From contig CATNEN010000033.1 of the NCBI GenBank assembly GCA_950097015.1, positions 1,364,001 through 1,428,000 on the forward strand: a stretch of DNA of 64,000 nucleotides. Reading direction: 5' to 3'. This stretch comes from Macrostomum hystrix. Taxonomy: Eukaryota; Animalia; Platyhelminthes. Of the stretch, positions 48,456 through 62,965 are shown piece by piece. Below the pieces are notes generated by a model that did no database searches, had not been told where the DNA came from, and saw only the letters and a list, made by a program, of their open reading frames with translations. Position 1 is the first letter of the stretch. Each line of letters opens with the position of its first letter. A program made the translations under genes and the position numbers.

Positions 48456-49307
48456 ATGCGTCAGCAGAAACTCCTCCATCTAGCGAGCCTGCTCCTGGCT
48501 GCCGGCACGTCCGCAGCCTTCGCAGATCAGCTGGTCGACTGCGACCTAGGGTTAGGAGCTTCCAAAGCGAATGTCCGGCGACGCGAGTCCTGCTTCACAG
48601 GTCAGCTGGAGGAGCAGTGCCGATCACTGCGAGGCGGGCCCGTCACCACCTGTCGTGACGGAGACGCGACGACAACGACAAAGACGTCCTCTCCATCCTA
48701 CTGGGACATTTTTCGTCGCAGCACCGGAAAGAACTTCGCCTACTACAGCTACAGCTACTACTCTCCGTCCACCTATTACTTCTATTCCTACTCGTCCTGG
48801 ACGATGTCCTGCTCAGTGGCTTGCATCGCTGGAGCTGTGATTGGCGGTCTGATCGGACTCGGCACTCTCATCGGCGGAATCATTGTGCTCTACTGCTTCT
48901 GCATCAGGAAGAATCGACGACCGGGCATTGTTGGGCCGAACGCGACAACCACCGTCGTGACTACTGCCCCCGCAATGGCCTATCCCACTGGCGGCGTCAG
49001 CGTAGTCAGCTATGGAAACCAGGCGTACAGTGGTGACGGAACCTACGGCCATGGCTATCCGCAACCGAACCCTGAGCAGTACCCTGAGCAGTACCCACAG
49101 CAGTACCCACAGCAGTACCCACAGCAGCAGTACCCGCAGCAGTACCCGCAACAGTACCCAAAGCAGTACCCACAGCAGTACCCACAGCAGCAGTACCCGC
49201 ATGCAGTACCCGCAGCAGTACCCGCAACAGTACACACAGCAGTACTTACAGCAGCAGCAATTGCAGCAACAGTAGCTTGCGATCTATTCTCGGCCTTGTC
49301 CGACTAG
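48456..49307 (+). CDS. Tandem paralogue of 45597-46382; lacks WSPW and PPPY, +1 frameshift at 49202 in the YPQQ tract
   Basis: Near-identical core and 5' flank, with TATAAA about 90 bp upstream (48366). Confidence 0.75.
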   Translation: MRQQKLLHLASLLLAAGTSAAFADQLVDCDLGLGASKANVRRRESCFTGQLEEQCRSLRGGPVTTCRDGDATTTTKTSSPSYWDIFRRSTGKNFAYYSYSYYSPSTYYFYSYSSWTMSCSVACIAGAVIGGLIGLGTLIGGIIVLYCFCIRKNRRPGIVGPNATTTVVTTAPAMAYPTGGVSVVSYGNQAYSGDGTYGHGYPQPNPEQYPEQYPQQYPQQYPQQQYPQQYPQQYPKQYPQQYPQQQYPHAVPAAVPATVHTAVLTAAAIAATVACDLFSALSD

Positions 49308-49872
49308 CAACCCACCAGCGCAACACAACACAGCAGCTTATCTGACTGCCCCAGCCTATGTCATTGAAGTGATCTTCTCTAACTGACAGTTATGTGGATG
49401 GAACCATGTTCCGATATCTTGTCCTAAATAAAGTTTTTAATATTTTAACATGAGTAAATTGAGCTTGCGTTTTTAACAGCTAGGAATTTTGTGATCGGAC
49501 CTTGACTTGTCTTACACTGACTGGTCTTGTTGTGAATAATGTATTTCAGTATTTGATCTAAGTCTCGCAAGCTCTTTTTAGTATTTTTCTTTCTTATTTT
49601 ATTCGATTCTGTGTCTTAAATACAATTAACCTCTTCGATTTTGTTCATTTCTTTGCATACTGATACGAACTTACAGCCAAGCTGTGTACAGTGTACAGTG
49701 ACTGCGCGAGTCAAATTTTCGTTCTATGCTTTTAAGACGCTTTCCATCTGCGGTAATATTTTGATTACAGCTTTACGAAAAAATGTATTTTTGCTTTACG
49801 GAAGAATTTGGAAATAAAGTAGCCTACATAGATCGGCACATCAGTTATTGTAAATCCCTCCTTGACAGCAGT

Positions 49873-51453
<1,581 letters not shown>

Positions 51454-52189
51454 TTTCCTTTGTTTCTAGAAGCACTTTCTTCGAGTCAAAACTCTACGCT
51501 TTGTCAGCTGGTGCGAAGGCGAGAAATGGCCTGTGAGAAAGCTTGGGCTATGCTAATTTAAACGCCTTTTCAACACTTTCTGCCAGCACTGCTAGCCTGA
51601 TAATCTTAGTTGCCATGGAAACCCAGGGTGTCAGCTAGATATGAGAGCAGAGCTTGGCAAATGAAACTTGTTGGCTTTGGCAGTTTTGCCTGCCTAAAAC
51701 TGGTTGTTATCGGGCGCAGCCAAGTGTGTCCAGGTATTTGCATTTAACCCTTAGAGCTGATTCCCTTCGAGTTTTACTTTCGACTAAACAAGCGTTCTGT
51801 GCTGCGCAAAGTTTCGTTCTGATGTAAGAGTGTTTCGGGATAAATTTAACAGTTAATAGTACTTTCGTAGCCGTGCCTGAGCAAGAGCACCTTGCTCCGA
51901 GAGAATGCAGCGCGTGCCAGCAGTGAGGCTCAAACTATAGCTACTACGAGCGTATGACACAGAAAGCTGAATTCCAGCTGGAAGAAGCTGGTCTGGCTGG
52001 ATAATACGAGGATCAAAAACAGATGGGACAAAAAGAATTCTTTGTGAAGGAAGAGCAGTTACCTGAGGAACAAAGCAGATGTCTATTGATAGACGGATCG
52101 TTGGAGTGAAACGTGAGACGAACTAAAAATAGTTGCGTACTGGGTGTGGCTAGGTGAGCAGGTAGATTAACTACTGCTTATTGTGATTC

Positions 52190-52428
52190 CATTCCCTGAC
52201 AGTCCATTCCCTGACAGTCCATTCCCTGACAGTCCATTCCCTGACAGTCCATTCCCTGACAGTCCATTCCCTGACAGTCCATTCCCTGACAGTCCATTCC
52301 CTGACAGTCCATTCCCTGACAGTCCATTCCCTGACAGTCCATTCCCTGACAGTCCATTCCCTGACAGTCCATTCCCTGACAGTCCATTCCCTGACAGTCC
52401 ATTCCCTGACAGTCCATTCCCTGACAGT
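52190..52428. repeat. 15-bp minisatellite CCATTCCCTGACAGT
   Basis: About 16 identical units. Confidence 0.97.
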
Positions 52429-52849
52429 CGATTGTCTGTAGAGTTATATTCCCCAGCCATCTCTATCTAATCTCAATGATAAAAGCAAAGTCTAGAGAAA
52501 TATTTCTGCAGCTACTCGACGCCAAATCAGAGTCCATATCAGTTTGAGACTTTCTTAGATAACGATTAGAAGCTTCGCCTAAATGAGCAAAAAAATTTTT
52601 TAGATCTAGTCGCAGCTCGTTGAGCACAATTGCTAACTGTCATAGCTATAGTTGATTGGTTGATAACCACACACACGCACACACACACAGAGATTAGAAT
52701 GCAGCAATTTGCCTTTTGAGATTTGCATAGTTGGGCGTTTCAAGATAATTTCAATCTCAGTCACTGGTGGCTGAAATATTTTTTATTTCTCTTTCTCTGT
52801 GATTGCAGATTCGTGACTAAAGCTTGTCGTCCAAGTGATATACTGGTAA

Positions 52850-54200
52850 CTCAAACTCGCATACTCGTACTCCTAACTAGAACAACTCGTAACTCAAACA
52901 TCTCGTTTACAAAACAACTCGTTACTAAACCAACTCGTAACTGAAGCAACTCGTTTCTAAAAACTACTCGTAACTGAAGCAACTCGTTACTAAAAACTAC
53001 TCGTAACTGAAGCAACTCGTTTCTAAAATATACTCGTAACTGAAGCAACTCGTTTCTAAAATACTACTCGTAACTGAAGCAACTCGTTTCTAAAATACTA
53101 CTCGTAACTGAAGCAACTCGTTTCTAAAATATACTCGTAACTGAAGCAACTCGTTTCTAAAATATACTCGTAACTGAAGCAACTCGTTTCTAAAATATAC
53201 TCGTAACTGAAGCAACTCGTTTCTAAAATATACTCGTAACTGAAGCAACTCGTTTCTAAAATATACTCGTAACTGAAGCAACTCGTTTCTAAAATATACT
53301 CGTAACTGAAGCAACTCGTTTCTAAAATATACTCGTAACTGAAGCAACTCGTTTCTAAAATATACTCGTAACTGAAGCAACTCGTTTCTAAAATATACTC
53401 GTAACTGAAGCAACTCGTTTCTAAAAACTACTCGTGACTGAAGCAACTCGTTTCTAAAAACTACTCGTAACTGAAGCAACTCGTTTCTAAAAACTACTCG
53501 TAACTGAAGCAACTCGTTTCTAAAAACTACTCGTAACTGAAGCAACTCGTTTCTAAAATATACTCGTAACTGAAGCAACTCGTTTCTAAAAACTACTCGT
53601 AACTGAAGCAACTCGTTTCTAAAAACTACTCGTAACTGAAGCAACTCGTTTCTAAAAACTACTCGTAACTGAAGCAACTCGATACTAAAAACTACTCGTA
53701 ACTGAAGCGACTCGTTACTAAAAACTACTCGTAACTGAAGCAACTCGTTTCTAAAATCTACTCGTAACTGAAGCAACTCGTTTCTAAAAACTACTCGTAA
53801 CTGAAGCAACTCGTTTCTAAAAACTACTCGTAACTGAAGCAACTCGATTACTAAAAACTACTCGTAACTGAAGCGAACTCGTTACTAAAAACTACTCGTA
53901 ACTGAAGCAACTCGTTTCTAAAATCTACTCGATAATAAAACAACTCATTACTCAAGCAACTCGTAACTCAAGCAACTCTTTATCTGATCAACTCGTTACT
54001 CAAACAACTCTTTATTAAAACAACTCGTCACTCAAGCAACTCGTAACTCAAACAACTTATAACTCGAAGAACACGTAACTTAAGAAAGTCAATACGAGCT
54101 AATTTAAACAATTCGTAAGTCGAACAAGTCTAAAATCAGACAACTCGTCACCAAAACATCTCGTATAGAAACAACTAGCAACTCAAAGAATTATTAACTC
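52850..54200. repeat. 33-bp satellite (CTCGTAACTGAAGCAACTCGTTTCTAAAATATA) grading into degenerate ~16-bp ACTCGT repeats at both ends
   Basis: Homogeneous core at about 52940-53930. Confidence 0.95.
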
Positions 54201-55431
54201 GAACTGGAAAATCCCACGAATTGGTTATATACTCGTATTAATCATGAAACAGAGCAACAAGTGCTTAAAAGCCTTCACAAATGATTCAACAAGTGCACGA
54301 TCAATGTGCCTCTAATTTGCAATTGTATTTAGTTCTCCATTGTGCTATTGGAAAAGGAATTGAGCAGTTGAGCAGCGAGACAGCGACACCGATTTCACGT
54401 GGTGCTAAAGTGACAGGCCTTTTCTTGCGCCTTGAGCTCAGTTCAGCGCCGCATCAAATCGGAGCGATTTCTCTTGGAATTTTAGGGATTTCGAAGGGGC
54501 AGCTCTTGCTGGAGCTGAGTTGGGATCCGAACTTACCTTGCCTCGCTGCTCTCCTCCCTGACTCGGTCCCAATCGGGATTTTTTTTAGATTGAATGAGGT
54601 AGGAATTCGCTCTGCTGCCAGGCCCGCCACCGGAGAAAGGGGAAAAGCGAGGGAGAGGCGAGGCCGCCGACAAGGGGGATATTTATAAAAATTCTGGTCA
54701 GTAGGGGAGGGAAGAAGGACAGGCTCGCTCCCACCACCAAGAACGGCTTCTCCCGCGGTCCTCTTCCTCTCCCAGCTCCCCGTTTTGCCTCCCTTCAACT
54801 CCGGGCAGAGGCGGAGTCGATGGGAGCCGGGCCGGGATTCCGCTCCCCCCTGTCCCAGTCTGCATTCGCTGCTGCCCGAGACGGGAATGGCATGCGACAG
54901 GAGATTTGGGATCTGGGCAGACTGAGGCAGGAAACAGAGGGTAGTACAGGAGATCTTTTTGGCTGGCTGCCACAGTTTGAGCGCGGGGTGGGGGCTGCGC
55001 GGTTGCCGCCGCTGCATGGGGACACAGATCCCTGCCTGGGTGGGGAGAAATTTATTTAGCTTTGAGAGGCCGGTCTAGCCGGTTCCAGCATCCAGTATCG
55101 GGGCGTTGCCATGGCGGGCAGTAATCTTTCTGCCTCCGCGCCTATCCCAGCGCGCACTGGTGGGTCTGGCTGAGTTACTGGATGAGCAACTGGGGAGAGG
55201 CCGGGAGGGGAGAGGCCAGAAAAATCGATTAGATTCTGTTCCATGGCCTCCCGTGTTTATTGCTCCCCCATGTGCAGACGCACCCGGCTTCTACTCTCCC
55301 ATCTCGCAGCCAGCGTGACGCATCCCAGCCTTAGGTTTCTTGGCTGCCCGAGAGCAGCCTTCCACCTCAGCGTGTCCAATTCCAAGGACTCAGCCTCACA
55401 ATCTCAGCCTCATGGTCTGAAATCAGTGCGA

Positions 55432-55725
55432 GCAATCCTACTATAATCTATATGCAATCCTACTATAATCTATATGCAATCCTACTATAATCTATATGCA
55501 ATCCTACTATAATCTATATGCAATCCTACTATAATCTATATGCAATCCTACTATAATCTATATGCAATCCTACTATAATCTATATGCAATCCTACTATAA
55601 TCTATATGCAATCCTACTATCTATATGCAATCCTACTATAATCTATATGCAATCCTACTATAATCTATATGCAATCCTACTATAATCTATATGCAATCCT
55701 ACTATAATCTATATGCAATCCTACT
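55432..55725. repeat. 22-bp minisatellite TGCAATCCTACTATAATCTATA
   Basis: About 13 units. Confidence 0.97.
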
Positions 55726-56139
55726 AAAATTCTTAAGCGATCCCACTGCATTGATTACAGCTCAGGCCAGACTGAGACCATTCTACCAGCCTTTCATTTC
55801 CGGTGAGCAGCGTGGAGCAAGAGCTCAAACAGGGAGATTGTGGAGTGTAGGAGCAGTGAAAACAGACCGGTAGCAATCGTCCCCCCGCTCTGCCTTGGCC
55901 TGCCAGATTTCGCGACCTATAATTTACTCACTTCTCGTCGCCAACAAATTTGTTTAGGTAGGCTTGTTTATCATATCTGTCACAGCTTTGACGCACAATA
56001 CTCGGGCACTGTGATAGAATCTGAGTCAATATGAGTGTTGTCTTTCCAGCTTATGCAGAGAAAATATCTAAAAATACACGCGCTATGCTACTTATTCAGT
56101 AGAAGCATTTGCGAATGCCCATGAAACGATCAATTACAA

Positions 56140-57730
56140 AAATCTCTGTAGAATAGTCTGTATGTCTGTTTACATAACTCTGTAGAATAGCCTGTATGTC
56201 TGTTAACAGAACTCTGTAGAATAGTCTGTATGTCTGTTTACAGAACTCTGTAGAATAGTCTGTATGTCTGTTTACAGAACTCTGTAGAATAGTCTGTATG
56301 TCTGTTTACAGAACTCTGTAAAATAGTCTGTATGTCTGTTTACAGAACTCTGTAAAATAGTCTGTATGTCTGTTTACAGAACTCTGTAGAATAGTCTGTA
56401 TGTCTGTTTACAGAACTGTGTAGAATAGTCTGTATGTCTGTTTACAGAACTCTGTAAAATAGTCTGTATGTCTGTTTACATAACTCGTGTAGAATAGTCT
56501 GTATGTCTGTTTACAGAACTCTGTAAAATAGCCTGTATGTCTGTTTACAGAACTCTGTAGAATAGTCTGTATGTCTGTTTACAGAACTGCTGTAGAATAG
56601 TCTGTATGTCTGTTTACAGAACTCTGTAGAATAGTCTGTATGTCTGTTTACATAACTCTGTAGAATAGTCTGTATGTCTGTTTACAGAACTCTGTAGAAT
56701 AGCTTGTATGTCTGTTTACAGAACTCTGTAGAATAGTCTGTATGTCTGTTTACAGAACTGTGTAGAATAGTCTGTATGTCTGTTTACAGAACTCTGTAAA
56801 ATAGTCTGTATGTCTGTTTACATAACTCTGTAGAATAGTCTGTATGTCTGTTTACAGAACTCTGTAGAATAGTCTGTATGTCTGTTTACAGAACTCTGTA
56901 GAATAGTCTGTATGTCTGTTTACAGAACTGTGTAGAATAGTCTGTATGTCTGTTTACAGAACTCTGTAAAATAGTCTGTATGTCTGTTTACATAACTCTG
57001 TAGAATAGTCTGTATGTCTGTTTACAGAACTCTGTAGAATAGTCTGTATGTCTGTTTACAGAACTCTGTAGAATAGTCCTGTATGTCTGTTTACAGAACT
57101 CTGTAGAATAGTCTGTATGTCTGTTTACAGAACTCTGTAGAATAGTCTGTATGTCTGTTTACAGAACTCTGTAGAATAGTCTGTATGTCTGTTTACAGAA
57201 CTCTGTAGAATAGTCTGTATGTCTGTTTACAGAACTCTGTAGAATAGTCTGTATGTCTGTTTACAGAACTCTGTAGAATAGTCTGTATGTCTGTTTACAG
57301 AACTGTGTAGAATAGTCTGTATGTCTGTTTACAGAACTCTGTAGAATAGTCTGTATGTCTGTTTACAGAACTGTGTAGAATAGTCTGTATGTCTGTTTAC
57401 AGAACTCTGTAGAATAGTCTGTATGTCTGTTTACAGAACTCGTGTAGAATAGTCTGTATGTCTGTTTACAGAACTCTGTAAAATAGTCTGTATGTCTGTT
57501 TACATAACTCTGTAGAATAGTCTGTATGTCTGTTTACAGAACTCTGTAAAATAGTCTGTATGTCTGTTTACAGAACTCTGTAGAATAGCCTGTATGTCTG
57601 TTAACAGAACTCTGTAGAATAGTCTGTATGTCTGTTTACAGAACTCTGTAGAATAGTCTGTATGTCTGTTTACAGAACTCTGTAGAATAGTCTGTATGTC
57701 TGTTTACAGAACTCTGTAGAATAGTCTGTT
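56140..57730. repeat. 34-bp satellite CTGTTTACAGAACTCTGTAGAATAGTCTGTATGT
   Basis: About 46 units with an internal inverted repeat TACAG/CTGTA. Confidence 0.97.
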
Positions 57731-58004
57731 TGCGAATCGCCACATGTCGCGAATTAAATTTTAACAGCGAGTACAGTTAGTTCTGCTTAGCTTCTGTCGC
57801 AGCGGTACTAGTCAAAGAAAGGTCGAAAGTTATCGTAACTGAAACACAGGTAATTTGCCGTTCTTATCAGTTCTTGACCATCTGCAAACTGCGCCCTTCT
57901 GTGACGCAAGACGAAGAGGCCGCGAAAGTCCTGATCCAGACAGCTGATAACTCATTAGTGTTTGAGGCACCAGCGGAAAACACACACATCATACGAGCGT
58001 GTAG

Positions 58005-58150
58005 ACAGTGTAGTTCTGTTAGACAGAACTGTAGACTGTTAGACAGAACTGTAGACTGTTAGACAGAACTGTAGACTGTTAGACAGAACTGTAGACTGTT
58101 AGACAGAACTGTAGACTGTTAGACAGAACTGTAGACTGTTAGACAGAACT
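58005..58150. repeat. 20-bp minisatellite GTTAGACAGAACTGTAGACT
   Basis: About 7 units sharing words with the 34-bp satellite. Confidence 0.92.
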
Positions 58151-58314
58151 TCGAGTTGTTCAGAAATTTGTATTGATTAATTAATTTAGTAGATATTGGC
58201 GAAGGCATTTTCTGAGAATAAGAATTGTTACTCGCAAATTCAGCATTAGATACGGAAGTTGCGAATATTCAGTTTCGTTTATCTTCGCTTCACCCCGCAA
58301 TGTGACACTGAGCT

Positions 58315-61300
58315 TCACGGGGCCACGATAGGTCCCTTGACACCGGTGCCCCGGTACAGCAGGTCCGGCCTTCCAGCGGCCTCCCCCGGGGAGATGCAGC
58401 GAACCCCGTCAAAGCGGAGCAGCTGGCCGGGCGGGCAGCGGCAGGTGTAGCTGCCGACGGTGTTGACGCAGCGGTGCTGGCAGGGCCGGTAAAGCGCGCA
58501 CTCGTCCACATCGCTGCCGCAGTCGGGCCCTGAGAAGCCGCGCTGACACACGCAGTTCCCGACGCCGCCTGCCAGGCTGCAGACACCGCCGTTCAGGCAG
58601 GGCGGCTGGCAGCGACTGTCCGGAGGCGACAGGCGGCAGGTGCGGCGGTCCGCCAGGCGGGTGTAGCCTGCGAGGGTTGGGCGGGGAGACTGGATCAGAC
58701 TGGGTCAGACTGGGTCAGACTGGATCAGACTGGGTGAGACTGGGTTAGACTGGGTCAGACTGGATCAGACTGGGTGAGACTGGGTCAGACTGGGTCAGAC
58801 TGGGTGAGGCTGGGTGAGACTGGGTCAGACTGGGTCAGACTGGGTCAGACTGGATCAGACTGGGTGAGACTGGGTTAGACTGGGTCAGACTGGATCAGAC
58901 TGGGTGAGACTGGGTGAGACTGGGTCAGACTGGGTCAGACTGGGTGAGACTGGGTGAGACTGGGTCAGACTGGGTCAGACTGGGTGAGACTGGGTCAGAC
59001 TGGGTCAGACTGGGTGAGACTGGGTTAGACTGGGTCAGACTGGGTCAGACTGGGTCAGACTGGGTGAGACTGGGTCAGACTGGGTCAGACTGGGTCAGAC
59101 TGGGTCAGACTGGGTGAGACTGGGTCAGACTGGGTCAGACTGGGTGAGACTGGGTCAGACTGGGTCAGACTTGGTCAGACTGGGTCAGACTGGGTCAGAC
59201 TGGCGGAGACTGGGGGAGACTGAATATTCTCACCGGGTGGGCAGCGGCACTCCCAGCTGCCCTTCGTGTTGTGGCAGGCGAACTCGCAGCCGTGGACCTG
59301 GAGGCCCAGAGCGCACTCGTTAACATCGGCGCTGCAGGCGGCTCCGCGGTACCCGGGTGGACAGCGGCAGCGGCCGGCGAAGCAGCGGCCGCCGTTCCGG
59401 CAGCCCCTCGGGCAGCTGGGGTCGCCGGTCCAGACGCAGGTGCCGTTGGACCCAAGAGCGAAGCCGGGATCGCAGGCGCATCTGGACAGTCGGTGCGGAA
59501 ATTGCGGGAAGTGACTCACCAGCTTCTCAGGACCTAACAATGCAACCTGAGCAAATGCAGCAGTCGCAGCTCACCTGTAGGAGCCGGGAGAGTTGTAGCA
59601 GGTGTGCTCGCAGGGCGCAGGCGATTGGTCGCATTCGTTGGCGTCGATATCGCAGCGGTGGCCGCGCCAGCCGAGCAGGCAGACGCAGCGGCCATTGGCA
59701 CCGCACCAGCCGCGGCTGCAGTCGGCGCTGCCAGTGCAGCTGAAGCGGATCTCGCAGGCGGCGCCTTCGAAGCCGCTGTCGCAGACGCAGCTGCCGCGGA
59801 TGCAGCGGCCGTTCGAGCAGGCCGGGGAGCACTCCTCGCCTGGCCGGGCCGTTACAGACGGCCTCGTTGCTGGTCTGGTTGTCGGCGTTGTCGTCTGCTG
59901 CACAGCCTTTTGGCAGAAGTCGCCGTAGAAGCCGGGCGGACAGCGGCAGCGCTGCCGCCAGTGCTCGCAGGTGCCACCGTTCTGGCAGGGCCGGAGCTGC
60001 TCTGAGCAGCGGCGCGGATCGTCAGGCACGCAGTCGCGCCCGTTGGGTGCCATGCAGGTGTCCTGGCGGGCATAGGCAGCGGTAGGAGCCGGGCGTGTTA
60101 GCGCAGCTGTGCTGGCAGGCGTGGAAGCCGAGCGCGCACTCGTCGGTGTCGCTGGCGCAGTCGGGCCCAGACCAACCGGAGCGGCAGGCGCAGCTGCCGT
60201 TGACGCAGGCGCCGGTGTCCGGTCTGCAGGCAGGCTGGCAGGAGTCGTTGGCGGCGCAGGAGCGGCCGTCCTGTGCCAGACTCTGGCCTGGCGGGCAGAA
60301 GCACCTGAAAGAGCCCGGAGTGTTGGCGCACAGTGCGCTGCCGCAGCGGGGCCGCCAGACGTCGCCTTTCGCAGCTGCGCACTCGTCGACATCCTCTCGG
60401 CAGGAGTCGCCCGTCCAGCCGGGTTGGCAGGCGCAGAGGCCGTCCGAGCAGCGACCGCCAGGCGGGCCGCAGTCCGCAGGACAGGCCAAGGGCTCGCAGC
60501 TGGTGCCATCGAGCCGGCTGAGCTGGTAGCCCGGCGGGCAGAGGCAGCGGAAGGAGCCGATAGTGTTGCTGCAGCGGTACATGCAGCGGTTCAGCCATTC
60601 GTCAGCGCATTCGTCAACATCGCGACTACAGTCGTCACCGCGCCATCCGGGCCGGCAGACGCAGGTGCCGCCTCGGCAGACGCCGTTCAGGCAAGGAAAT
60701 CGGCACGGCTCATCCGGCACACCATCAGGGTCGGCTGGCACGCAGGTCTCGTTGACGGCGCTGCCGATTCCGCCTGGCGGAGCATGGATCCAGGGCGGGC
60801 AGAGGCAGCGGTAGTCGTTGCCGACGCGCCGGCAGCCATAGTCGCACAACCGTCCGGTGAGCATCCGGCATTGCCGCCTGTTGATAATCTCGCAGTAGTC
60901 GCCGGCGAAGCCGACTGGGCAGAGGCAGCGGGACTGCGAGCACACGCCGCCGTTTCTACAGGCCGGGACGCAGGGCCTGGGGGCGGCTACGCAGTGGTAG
61001 AGGCCGCTGCCGTCCGGACGGAGCTTCGCCTCAGTGCCTGGCGGGCAGACGATGGGCGGGCAGTTGGGGTTGGCGCTGCTGCACTTGGCGGGGTAGCACC
61101 AGGGCGGCTGGCAGGCGGTCATCGCCTCGGCGGGGTCGACCCCGGCGGGCACCTTGGAGCCGATTCCGAGGTTCTTGTCTGGCGCCTCGCCATTAAAATA
61201 GCCCGGCGGCGAGGAGGTGGCCCTCGCAGCCTCACTAGCCTCGAAGTAGTTCGGCGGGATGCTGTCCGCGTCAACAATGATTGCGCCCGACGGTGGCAGC

Positions 61301-61539
61301 GCGGCCAGCTGCTGCCGCAGCAACACGGGATCAGCGTGAGGGGCAGGGGCCTCGGCGCCTTCGTCCTCCTCGGCTGTCCGCCGCTTGTAGATCTCGGCAA
61401 GTCGGCGCCAGAGACCGCGGTCCTCGGGCGCAGCTTCCAGCCCGACGCTCCATCGCTGCGCTTCCGCGGCTGCGGCCGGGGCGAGACAACGATAGACGGT
61501 CAGGCAGAAGACGATGCGAAGCAAGATTCGCGGTGCCAT
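58315..61539 (-). CDS. Secreted multi-EGF protein with alternating EGF and calcium-binding EGF repeats
   Basis: Signal peptide MAPRILLRIVFCLTVYRCLAPAAAA; repeated DVDEC..C.N..GS(F/Y).C.CP.G. Phase-consistent introns 59482-59574 and 58668-59233. +1 frameshift at 60054. No TM before the TGA at 58315. Confidence 0.9.
58688..59215. repeat. 10-bp intronic minisatellite GACTGGGT(C/G)A
   Basis: Fills intron 2 of the EGF gene. Confidence 0.97.
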
Positions 61540-62054
61540 CTCAATTTTTTGAGATCTTTCCAGAATTATTTGGCTGCCTGTTTCTTTTGGCTTGCTTTTC
61601 CCGTGTTCTTCTGTCCTGCTTTCGATGAGGGGCTGAGGTGGACCGGATTGACGAAGCTCGCCAGATATTAGTCACCTCCACCTCACCGCCGATCCCCGAT
61701 CCCCTTCCACTCGCGTCCCAGTTCTGTGCACTCGGCTTTGCCATTTCCTGCCCTCCCCTCTGCCCGCAGCAGTCGAACCCCCGGCCCCTCTATCTTCCAT
61801 CTCTGCGAATGATGGCTGGGGGTTGTGCTGCGTCCCTCTGCTGAATTTGGAAGTCAAAATTTTCCAGCCTTGGCGCAGATGAAGAATTGCGAAAGTTTAA
61901 TGAACAGTCGTCAAGTGATTGACGCTAGCGCCATTGGGGGTGCATTCGGGCCTATATTTATCTCCGAGTTAGCACCAGCGACAGGCCCGCTTAGTACCAA
62001 CTAGCATTTGCATCCCCAAAACGCATTCTATTCCGCCCTTCAAACTAACTTGGC

Positions 62055-62515
62055 CACTTTCGCCTCCTTTCCACCCCTTTCCGCCCTCTTTCCACTCCTT
62101 TCCGCCCTCCTTTCACTCCTTTCCGCCCTTTTTCCACTCCTTTCCGCCCTCTTTTCACCCCTTTCCGCCCTCTTTCCAATCTTTTCCGCCCTCTTTCCAC
62201 TCCTTTCCGCCCTCCTTTCACTCCTTTCCGCCCTCTTTTCACCCCTTTCCGCCCTCTTTCCACTCCTTTCCGCCCTTTTTCCACTCCTTTCCGCCCTCTT
62301 TCCACTCCTTTCCGCCCTCCTTTCACTCCTTTCCGCCCTCTTTTCACCCCTTTCCGCCCTCTTTCCACTCCTTTCCGCCCTCTTTTCACCCCTTTCCGCC
62401 CTCTTTCCACTCCTTTCCGCCCTCTTTCCACCCCTTTCCGCCCTCTTTCCACTCCCTTCCGCCCTCTTTCCACTCCCTTCCGCCCTCTTTCCACTCCCTT
62501 CCGCCCTCTTTTCAA
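62055..62515. repeat. 21-bp pyrimidine-rich minisatellite CCACTCCTTTCCGCCCTCTTT
   Basis: About 22 units, strongly strand-asymmetric. Confidence 0.95.
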
Positions 62516-62965
62516 AGACTTTGTCAATGGATTAAACGCAGCAAAAGACGTGTTAAGCTTGAGTGACCGATTGTCTATTTAGCATGATAACGTGCATTTA
62601 AATTTCATGAATACTTCGTTGCGGGCGATACAGAGCTCTGATAATAAAAAATTAAAAAATGGAACAAAAATCAATAAGGCAGCAATGCAACACAAATCAT
62701 TCTGGGCGAGTTGACAACTGTGCGTGGCAGGCAGTTCAGTTAGCGAATCTGTAATTTAAATGGAAGGATTATTTAAGTAATATTTAATAATTAATTACTT
62801 AAGTGTCCGCAACTTAACTACCTGAACTGAGAGATTAGCTCGAAGTTGACTATTAAGTTGAAGTTCTGAAATCTGGTCAAGCAAACACCCTGAAATGTTG
62901 ATGTAGCGCTGGCTAAATTGCTGCAGAATATACAGTATGGAACTAACAAGTAGTGACTTTATCTA

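Noticed and set aside
53090-53842. Repeat-derived ORFs (LLQLRVYFRNE, GNGLS, ERGRKGV, TTAAILAV and similar)
   Set aside because: Translations of tandem repeats with no start or splice context.
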